From NCBI GenBank assembly GCA_002269645.1, contig NIVC01004130.1, positions 1-58,675 of the forward strand: a DNA stretch of 58,675 nucleotides, written 5' to 3'. Below the pieces are notes generated by a model, which saw only the letters and a list, made by a program, of their open reading frames with translations, was not told where the DNA came from and made no database searches. How positions within the stretch are numbered: position 1 is the stretch's first letter; every line of letters starts with the position of its first letter. The DNA comes from Macrostomum lignano (taxonomy: Eukaryota). Of this stretch, positions 27,460 through 37,336 are shown one piece after another. The position numbers and the translations under genes were made by a program.

Positions 27460-30400
27460 ATTACGCGTAAAAGGAGAAAGCGTGTAAATTTAAGGGTGAT
27501 ACTTTGCCCTTCTGTAAGTAGTTTTATGCCTGGACATGCACATTTCATTTTTTAAATTGGCATCATTCGATTGCCTGTCTGGAGTATAAATTATACATTA
27601 TCTTTTTTAGCTAGAGAATTCGTCTTATAAATTCATAATTGCCTTTTAATTTTACTCTTAAGCTGAGGCAGGCTGCTAGTGCTAGGCCTATTACTAATAT
27701 TAGTAAAGTATTAAAGTTGCCTATTAGTATTATTATTAGACATGAAGGTCTAAGATTTACTTTATTATGGCATTAGGCTTTAAAGTTTAAATTATGGTAT
27801 CAAGCCTAAGGCTCATTCTATATAAGATGGACATTTTTGGAAAATAGAAAAAAGTCAATATTTTTGCTTGCCATTGCCTTATCAGCCAATTTTTTTACCA
27901 AATGTTTTTTATGTATAATAGGCCTATCTACAATCTAAGAATAAATGAATGATAAAATGTTAGATTAGTATGCTATCAAGTGGCAGAAAGTCATTTTTGT
28001 AAAAATTTAGACATTTTTCTAAGCAAAAGACATCATTAAGTTTGTGTACCTTTTAAAAACAAATAGAAAGCTTTGGAAGGTTGAAACAAACTATAGATAA
28101 AAGTATAGTACTTGCATTATCAGATAAAAGTATTGGTGACCAAATAATCTATTATATTTTTAATATATTGGTACCTCAAAGTTACTGAATTGACAGAAAA
28201 AAATATGTTACGACCATAATGTTACGACCATAAGGCTGCCTTTTCTTTTGTATCTTTGTTGCCTTTTTGAGTTTATATATTCTACAAAAAGAGTATGATT
28301 ACTAAAGATGTTCTTAGTCAACTTTTTAAAAATGTATTGCAAAATATCAAAAATAAAAATGTTATAAGACTTTTACCTTTTAGTTTCTATATGTCAAAAA
28401 TCCTGTTGTTACGACCATAAGTGCCATTCAAGGTTTAATAGCATCTATACTAATGATGATATCTACATGAAACTCTATAAAAATATTTTTGACAAAATTA
28501 TCTTTCATTTAAAATATTGGTTTAGTATATTCTATTATTATATTTCATTTTATAAGTAAAAATAGCCTGTCATGTTACGACCATGCTTATATGGAATGAG
28601 CCCTAAGTATTTTAGATATATCCATCAAGTGCTTTGTAAAGGCTTTAGTCTTTAGAATTTAGAAATTTTCTAACAATACAATAGTATACAGCATTCTATT
28701 GTATCCCTACATTTAATTATTTTCTTTGAAAATTTTAGTTTCTATTTAGTTTATTGATAAATACTATAATGGATTAAATAGAAAGATTTATGAAGTTCAA
28801 CAGATAAATTGATAATTAGGCCTATCAACTAGTAAAACTAGTGAATGGGAAATCCTAGGCCTATAAATAAACAGTTGTACAATAAAACAGCAATAAAAAT
28901 GGTTGTAGATATAGGTAAATGGCCAGTCATGGTTTTAGGTATATTTATCAATATTGTGTTTGAGTTATTGAGTCTACTGCATTTGCCCTGCGTTGACTTT
29001 ATAGTCAGGAAGATAGCCTTTTCATGGAAAATTTGGGAGTAAAAAGAGGTTAAAGGTGCACTGTGCCAGCATAATATGGTGCAAGAAAAAAATTGGCACT
29101 TTTTTGTAAAAGACAAAATCTTATGACCAGACAATATTTTCTCTAATAAAAATTAGCATATAACTAGCAATCTAGTGTAGCCCCCCTTTGGGGTGCCTAC
29201 TAAGAAAAGAGCAAAAACAGTTCATGGAAAACAATAAAAAGGCACATTTTCTTAAATACCAGTTCCTTCTTCACTTTTAAAAATCACCTTATTCGTGTAA
29301 AATTGTCATAGTCAAAGATGTTTGCAAAGTAAAAGAACCATTTTTTCTTTAAAATTAACAACAGACTACAAAATATAGCTTCCCCTAAATAGAAAATATT
29401 CCCAAGACAGCAAGCACCCCCTCCAAAAGTAAACAACCCCAGATAGCAAGCATTCTGTAGATAGCAAGCATCTCCCAGATAGCAAGCATCTCCCAGATAG
29501 CAAGCATTCTGCAGATAGCAAGCATCTCCCAGATAGAAGCATCCACCCAGATAGCAAGCATCTCCCAGATAGCAAGCATTCTGTGATAGCAAGCATCTCC
29601 TAGATAGAAGCATCCACCCAGATAGCAAGCATTCTGTAGATAGCAAGCATTCTGCAGATAGCAAGCATCTCCCAGATAGAAGCATCCACCCAGATAGCAA
29701 GCATCTCCCACATAGCAAGCATTCTGCAATAGCAAGCATCTCCCAGATAGAAGCATCCACCCAGATAGCAAGCATTTTGTAGATAGCAAGCATTCTGCAG
29801 ATAGCAAGCATCTCCCAGATATTGTTGAAGCATCCACCCAGATAGCAAGCATCCTGCAGATAGCAAGCACCTCCCAGATAGTATAGAAGCATCCTGCAAA
29901 TATAATAAGCACCCCCCCCCCCAGATATTATAGAAGAATCCACCTAGATAGCAAGAATCCCTAAATAGCAAGCATCCTTAGATAGAAAGAATCCCATACA
30001 TGTAGCCAATACCCCCTCTCCCAAATAGCAAGTATCCCCCCTCGAGAGCAAGCATCCTCCAGATAGCAAGCATCCGCAAGACAGCAAGTAGCTAGTGCAA
30101 ATGTTACCTCTGCTAATGCAATAATAGCTTTCTTAGGTTGTGCAACAATCCATGTCTTAGCGAGCGCAATAATCTCTTTTAGATAGCGCAATAATTGGCT
30201 TCTCAGCTAGTGCAATAATATTTTACTCATCAAGTCCAAAAATCAATGTCTCAGCTAGTGCAATAGCCTTTTCTAATCTAGTGCAATAATCCTTGGCTTA
30301 TCAAGTGCAATAATCCTTGGTTTATCTAGTGCCATAATCCAGGTCTTTTTAATTAGTCCTTTAATAAAAGCTTTCAATGAAAAAATTTATGCTACTTTTA

Positions 30401-33400
30401 TTTTTTATTTTACACTACTAAGATTCAAACCTAGGTTGCTGCATTAGCAGTCCAATCTGTTCACCTCTATTCTAGCTCTCATTGAAATTATAAAGGAATT
30501 TGTAGCACTTATAATTCAACACTCACACCAAGTCAATTGAGTAAAAGTCACACGAAGCAGTTATGACATAATCAGTTTCTTAGGCAAGTTAGTACCAGTC
30601 TCTATTAAAGTTAGCAATGTGGTTACGCAATATAAATCAAGTATTGTACTATGCTTCCACACTGCGTTTTCAATACTGTGATGCAATTCAATTCAGTGTC
30701 AAAATTCAGCCAGTATATACAGACAATAAATAAAAAGCCTATTGTGATGCAATCTATTTCAGAATCAGAATTCAACCAGTCAGTTTTTCCCTAGCATTCC
30801 TACAATGCATTTCAAGTTGAAAGAGCTGCTTGACCTTTGCAAAAAAGCTTGTTTTTCGAATATTTAATCCCTTTAGCATCGAGCAATTTCTTAGCCACGT
30901 TGCATGTACTGTCAAGGGAAAATTTCTGATTAAACAGTGCAAGTTTGAACAAAATCGGTTGAGCCATTTTTGCTAAAATCGATCACATACCAAGATACCT
31001 AGATACTTATATTACATGCACAACCTAGGGAATCACTGGGCCATTTCTATTGGCGACGCACACATGTAAGTTGCTATTGGCTGAGAGCAGTCACGTGACT
31101 ACTATTCTGTCCAATAGCAACTTACATGTGTGTGTTGCCAATAGAAATGGCCAGGTGAATCCATAGGTTGCACCCAAGCATGCCTAGATACCTAGATACT
31201 GACATACCATTTTTAGTATATGGATTTCTTTTTATTAGCAGTTTTTTATTTGCCAATGTATTGAAAGCTTTTTAATTAATTTATGTAAACAAAGCATTTT
31301 CTATGAAAGAGATTCAAATACAAGTTTTACTGGTATTTTTAAAATGGCAGATTATTGATTTTTGCATTTTTTCAAAAAGTTATAGTACATGTGACACAGG
31401 CAAACTTTTTGACATGAATAGTTCTGGCACACAACATAATCAAACTTTTTTTATAGGATTTGTCCTGGCACAGGCATGCTATGATCTTGATGGGGGGAAT
31501 CACAAACCCAAAAAATCACAACTCCAAATGCTTTCTATCATAAACCCAAAATATCATAAACCCAAAATATCATAAACCCAAAATATCACAACCCCAAAAT
31601 AACATAACTCCAAAATTGCTAGCAGCAAACATTATAAACCCGAAAAATCACAAACCCAAAATATCGTAATTCTGAAAGTTCTAGCAATGTCCAACACTAG
31701 TTTGGTTTTTGGAGTTATGATATTTTGGGTTTATGATGGGAAGTGCTTTGAGAGTTGTGATTTTTCAGGTTTATGATGGCAACCCATCTTGACTATGACA
31801 CTAACTGGCCATTGACTAAGTCTACCTATCTAGTAGGCAGTCACAAGCATTTTGTCCATTGCTTTTTCATTTCTTGATAGAAAAATATTTATAACAAAAG
31901 AAATTAAATTTAGTTTCATTCATATACTAAAAATAGTCATTTGGTATCAATTATTGCACTTAATAAGACAATGATTATTGCACTAGATAGAAAAAATTTT
32001 CCACTGAATCCACAGACTGAATCCACAGACAAAAATTATTCCACAGACTAAAAAAAACTATTGCATTAGCTAAGACATAGATTATTGAATTACCTGAGAA
32101 AGTAATTATTGCATTAGCCAAGGAAATAGTTGCACTAGCTTCTAGCTATCTGGTAGATGCTTGCTATCTAGTAGATACTTGCTATCTGGTAGATACTTGC
32201 TATCTAGAGGATGCTTATTATTTGTGGGTTGCTTGCTATTTTATTTAGGGAGAGGGCGCTTCTTATTGTATTTAGATGGGAGGATGCTTGCTATCAAGAT
32301 ATGCTTGCTGTCTATGTCTAGGGATACTTGCTGTTTGGGGATGCTTGCTATTTGGGGATGCTTGATATTGGGGAGACATGAGGCTTGCTCTTGGGGATGG
32401 GGGATACTTGCTACCTGGGGGCTGTTTGCTATCTGGGTTAATTTCTATCTGGCGGATGCTTGCTGTCTTGGGGATGTTTTCTATTTAAGGGAAGGCTTGC
32501 TATCTTTGTGAAGAAAGAACTTTAGTTGTTCTTTAAAATGTTCTTTTAAATAAAGGGGGCACTAGATTGCTATTAATTCTATAGCTTACTTTTCATAATA
32601 CAATTTGTGAGTTGTGTAAAAATTTATAGTTATATGTTGTTTAATATGTAGTTTTATTTGTCATAATATTTTAGAGAAATGGGATAACCCATTGTATAAT
32701 ATTTAAATATTAGGACAAGCGGGTGTTGCATTTTAGGCTACTGGTTTATTATTGCTATGCTTAGTGGATTTACTGGGTTGAGTTTGTAGGTCACTGCTAC
32801 TAGGCTCCTGATATTCTCTAATCCTAGTATGTTAGTGAGTAAAAAACTGTAAGGACACCAATATAGTATTTTTAATTCAACACAAACTTTTAAAAGAAAG
32901 AAAAGATTTTTTATTATACAAAAGAGTGGCTTGTTACATTATCTAAGTGCTTGGGCAAGACTCCCAGTTAGAGGCAAGATTCCTCTTTGTGCATTCTAAC
33001 TCTATTCCCCTATCCCTTTTACCTTTAACTTCCTTAAATTCTAAGTTGAGCTGCGGAATGCAGCATGGGTGTTCAGACAGGCTTTCTTTTCCTAGGAGCC
33101 CAACTGTTCTATATTAGTAGAGAGCCCAAAAATTCGCGGTTTACCCCCATCATAATTACCTTCGCTGGCCAAAACTACTGACAGTAGTATAAAAGCATAT
33201 TTGTCCTGTCTAAATTCTGCCCCTAAACTATGCCCTACTACATATCCAATAGGAAGACAATTTTAATTTTAACCAATCTTCTAGTCCATAAAACTCAATG
33301 TCTTTAATTAGATGATTTATTGATTATAATTTATCTGTTAGGCTTATATTTGATAGATGATTGACAGATAGCCAGGTTAATAAAAATATAAACAAAAAAT

Positions 33401-34145
33401 TATGGTAAATATTGTTTTTAGATATGCTTATACTTCTAATAAAATTAGTTGCTTGTTATCACTAATATTAAAAAAGAGTTTATCTATTGCTATCTCATTC
33501 TAATATCATAATGCTAATGTTGTAATAAATATTTTGTGGCAGACAAAAAGAGTAACAGATGAACTGACAGACATCAACCATAAGTCTTATATATACCCCA
33601 TATTGACTAACCACTGACTAATTCGACCCATCTTCACCCAACTGTCAGACTTGGTGCCATAGAAATTTTATAGCTTTAAAGCTTTTTTAGGAGGAACTCG
33701 AGTCTTCTATTGGGTTATAGACTTAACCAATAGACATGTTTGCTACCATATGTATATTGTGTAGTTCCATATTGGAATAAGTTTGAAAAATCTATAGACA
33801 ATCTATAGACATGCAACATAGACCACAAAAATAGCCCAAAAGTGCAACAAATTACATAGAAGCATTAAAATACACTGCATAAAAGCATAACACAAACACT
33901 GAAGATGAAATGAAAAATGTTTCGATGAGGGCCTATGTTATTTTAATTCTTAAATTATTTTATAATAACTCATTTGCTGAAAAAGCCATAATGTGGCACA
34001 GCCCACACGCATGAATCACTCCCCATCATCTGCCCGCTGCCCGCAGGTGGACGCATCGGCAGAGCCGCCTGAGTGCCTGCCGGCGCTAGTGCTAGCTGAT
34101 CACAATCGAGTCCCACCTTGGGACCCTGATCCGTTTGGCACTTGA
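27460..34145 (+). CDS. AUU-initiated regulatory uORF (uCC-like) of the ODC-like gene; exons 27460-27513 and 34047-34145, 50 codons
   Basis: AAAATT start, then ITRKRRKRVNLRVILCPS, GTAAGT donor (phase 0), ccgctgcccgcag acceptor (phase 0), VDASAEPPECLPALVLADHNRVPPWDPDPFGT*. Matches the known AZIN1/ODC uCC pattern. Confidence 0.75.
27810..28603. mobile_element. Decayed PIF/Harbinger-type MITE
   Basis: TIR (G)GGCTCATTC(T/C)ATATAAG flanked by TAA on both sides. Confidence 0.7.
31021..31170. mobile_element. 150-bp palindromic MITE nested in the foldback-like element
   Basis: ~60-bp TIRs CAACCTA(G/T)GGA(A/T)TCAC...CATGTAAGTTGCTATTGG. Confidence 0.8.
31491..31788. mobile_element. MITE with subterminal atcataaacccaaaat repeats
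   Basis: GATGGG...CCCATC ends and inverted ~70-bp arms. TSD unclear. Confidence 0.65.
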
Positions 34146-34334
34146 ACTCTGGATTGTTGACTTTTTTCTGTTTTTTTGAGTGTTTCCTCTTAAATATTTT
34201 ATCGCCTCCATTGTCTGTTGCAATCAATCAGATTTAATTTTTTATACTTGCGCATCATATACATGTCATACTACTAACAAAGACTTAATTTAGATCAGTA
34301 GCAAGTTTAGCGTTGTTTTTGTGTTATTTACCTG

Positions 34335-37300
34335 ATGAGAGAATCGCAACTGGAGCATCAGCAGCCTCAGCAGCAGCACCTGCTCTCAGCCCCAACACCG
34401 GCAGTTTGCCCACCAATTGGATGTGCTCTGGCGCCTCACCTGCCCAATCTTGAGCAATGCGATCAGCCGGTTGTGGCCTGCGACTTGGCCAGCGCCCAGC
34501 GCTGTCTGGCCGACTGGTGCAGCCGGTTTCCTGGCGTGCACGCGTCAACCAGCGCCCAGACTCTGGGCAGCTGGCCACTGACCCACGTGTTGGCTCTCAG
34601 CGGCCGCGTGTCCTTTCGGGCCTACTCTAAGGTGAGGCTGACGGTTAAAATAACCTGTCTTTGACCTTATTTGCTATAATAATAATAGTAGTAATTGAAG
34701 CAATTCAGAGTTAAGTGTCTTGCTCAGGGGCACACAAATATTATTCCGAGTTGACCTGACGTGTACTTCGCCCACGTTACTTGACCTTAATTGATCAAAT
34801 TGACCTTTATTGTCCCAATTGACCATAATTGTCCCAATTGACCTTCAATTGTCCTAATTGACCTTCAATTGTCCTAATTGACCTTCAATTGTCCCAATTG
34901 ACCTTCAATTGTCCCAATTGACCTTCAATTGTCCCAATTGACCTTCAATTGTCCCAATTGACCTTCAATTGTCCCAATTGACCTTCAATTGTCCCAATTG
35001 ACCTTCAATTGTCCCAATTGACCTTCAATTGTCCCAATTGACCTTCAATTGTCCCAATTGACATTCAATTGTCCCAATTGACATTCAATTGTCCCAATTG
35101 ACCTTCAATTGCCCCAATTAACCTTCAATTGTCCCAATTGACCTTCAATTGTCCCAATTGACCTTGATTGAGCAGTCCGACCTAAACGCTGCCGTGTCCG
35201 CCGGAGTCCCGGGCCACGCCATCCTGCTGGCCAACCCGTGCAAAACTCGCGGCCTGGCCAGGCACGCTCGTCGCCTTGGCGTCGGCGTCACCGTATTCGA
35301 CTCGGAGCCGGAGCTGGCCCGCCTAGCCGCGGCTTGGCCGGACGTCGAGCTGCTGCTTCTGCTGGCCGCATCGCCCCGCTGCCACCGGCTGGGCGCCCGG
35401 CCCGAAGAGGCGCCCCGCCTGCTGGCCGCCGCCAGACGCCACGGACTGCGAGTTGCCGGCGTAGCCGTCTGGTTCGGCGACGACAACGAATGCGAGGGCG
35501 ACGACGGCGGCGAGGTCAACTCCGACGTCGACGCCGAGTGGGCTGCTGCCGCGTCGACCGCCTGCGGTACTCTGGCCTTGGCCAGGCGTCTCGGCCATGC
35601 CAATGCCGATGTTGTCGACCTCGGATGTCTGTCCACCGGCGCCTTGGCCGGGCGGGCCCTGCCGGCCTTTGCGAACGCTGTCGGTGAGACTTTTTATATT
35701 TTCCATTATAGTAAGAGAGTTATTTTTATACGTCAAAATTAGAATTCTTATATTATGCTACTGTAGATTTTTTGTAACTACTCGTATTTTGCCTAACTTT
35801 ATTAAAACAAATGTTGTTTTGCGGCATAATTTTTTGAGAGTAAAATGAGTGTGATGCTGAATAATGCGATTTTTATGAAATTACCAATTAAAATTAACAG
35901 GCTATTAATACAAAAAAAGCTGTAAATACTTCGCTTGCTACAGCGTCACAACAATAATACAGGGTATTTCTTTGCAAACATTTAAGCCTTTAAAACCATT
36001 CTTAGAAACGGAGTAATTTTTATAACGTATTTCGAGCGGTTTCTCTCAAAATGCCTGCCTTAAATAGGTATTGGAAACGGTGACTGTCAGCCTCGTCTAC
36101 TCTGCGACCTGACTCCGGCGTTGCTAGCCGAATCCGTTGTCATGGCAACCAGGGTGTTGGCTAAAGCGGCGGCCGAGCAGCCAGGCTGTGGCGGCTACAG
36201 CTACCGGCTCAGCGGCCCGGGCCTCGGCGGCCAACTTTGCGGCCTCTTCAGCCGTGAGTGCGAGGGCGGCGGCTGCAGCGGCAGCAGAGACGGCGTGCCA
36301 AGCCGACTGGCCGACTGCGGCGGCGACCCGTTGAACCTCGTGCTGCCAGAGCTCAGCGTCGGTGACTGGTTGCTATGGCGCGGCCTGAGGGCCTGTCCGA
36401 CCGCTGCCAGGCTGATGCACTGGTGAGCCGTGGCTGTTTTTTTAATTCTAAGAGTGGCTTCGAATTCGGCTTTTCTTCCTGGAAATTTACATGTGCTGTC
36501 TTGAACTTTGCTGGAACATTTTTTACTTGGAACTTTAGAATTTCCCTTCGAACTTTGGGAGTTCATTCTTGGGATTTCCCCTTGAACTTTACAGTTGGCT
36601 ATTGGGATTTCCCTTCCAACTTTGAAGTTAATTCTTGGGATTTCACTTCCAACTTTAAAGTTCATTCTTGGGATTTCCCTTCCAACTTTTAAGTTCATTC
36701 TTGGGATTTCCCTTCCAACTTTAAAGTTCATTCTTGGGATTTCCCTTCCAACTTTTAAGTTCATTCTTGGGATTTCCCTTCCAACTTTAAAGTTCATTCT
36801 TGGGATTTCCCTTCCAACTTTAAAGTTCGCTCTTGGGATTTCCCTTCCAACTTGAACGTTCATTATTGGGATTTCCCTTCTAACTTTAAAGTTCATTCTT
36901 GGGATTTCCCTTCCAACTTTAAAGTTCGCTCTTGGGATTTCCCTTCCAACTTGAACGTTCATTATTGGGATTTCCCTTCTAACTTTAAAGTTCATTCTTG
37001 GGATTTCCCTTGAACTTTAAAGTTCGCTCTTGGGATTTCCCTTCCAACTTGAACGTTCATTCTTGGGATTTCCCTTGAACTTTAAAGTTCGCTCTTGGGA
37101 TTTCCCTTCCAACTTGAAAGTTCATTATTGGGATATCCCTTCTAACTTTAAAGTTTATTATTTAAATTTAAAATTTCTATATTGGATTTTTTGGTATTCC
37201 CCTATCGATACTGTTAACCTCGCGATGTTCAAATTTATTTTCAATTTCCTTAATCGTTTGCAGCCTCTTCACCGGCGAGCTGATGGAGACAAAGCCCGCA

Positions 37301-37336
37301 GCCTGTCTGGAAGAGGAGCCGCTGCCGACCGCTTAA
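34335..37336 (+). CDS. Ornithine decarboxylase-like pseudoenzyme / antizyme-inhibitor-like, 410 aa; exons 34335-34631, 35176-35683, 36068-36422, 37264-37336
   Basis: ODC-fold landmarks present (GVP..ANPCK, VFDSEPEL, LPELSVGDWLLW) and all junctions in frame. PLP lysine (YAVK->TSAQ), HVGS (->WFGD), GGGF (->GCLS) and EPGR (->DLTP) are lost. Confidence 0.85.
34790..35168. repeat. 20-bp minisatellite in ODC-like intron 1
   Basis: (aattgaccttcaattgtccc)n running up to the acceptor. Confidence 0.95.
36510..37150. repeat. 33-bp minisatellite in ODC-like intron 3
   Basis: Unit cttgggatttcccttccaactttaaagttcatt. Confidence 0.95.

Larger units (their letters stand above)
29165..32572. mobile_element. 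Foldback-like element: long degenerate inverted arms (~29165-30340 and ~31940-32572) built from tandem cagatagcaagcat subrepeats
   Basis: Arms are reverse complements in both the unique parts (tagcaatctagtg; gctaatgcaataat) and the tandem parts. No TSD or transposase identified. Confidence 0.6.

Noticed and set aside
30415-30470. tRNA gene
   Set aside because: Only a decayed B-box-like fragment on the minus strand with no cloverleaf; more likely a SINE relic. No rRNA, tRNA or SL RNA gene could be supported in the window.
34011-34046. In-frame ATG giving an unspliced 44-codon version of the PPW uORF
   Set aside because: It lies in the pyrimidine-rich acceptor region, and the spliced AUU exon matches the uCC pattern better; still possible in intron-retaining RNA.
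35145-35736. Antisense ORFs over GC-rich exons (also 42715-43134, 53796-54218, 54732-55283)
   Set aside because: Expected shadows of high-GC3 coding exons; no domain signal.
36423-36426. ODC-like gene ending at TGA 36424-36426
   Set aside because: GTGAGC is a strong donor and a phase-matched exon at 37264-37336 completes the ORF; an unspliced short form is not excluded.
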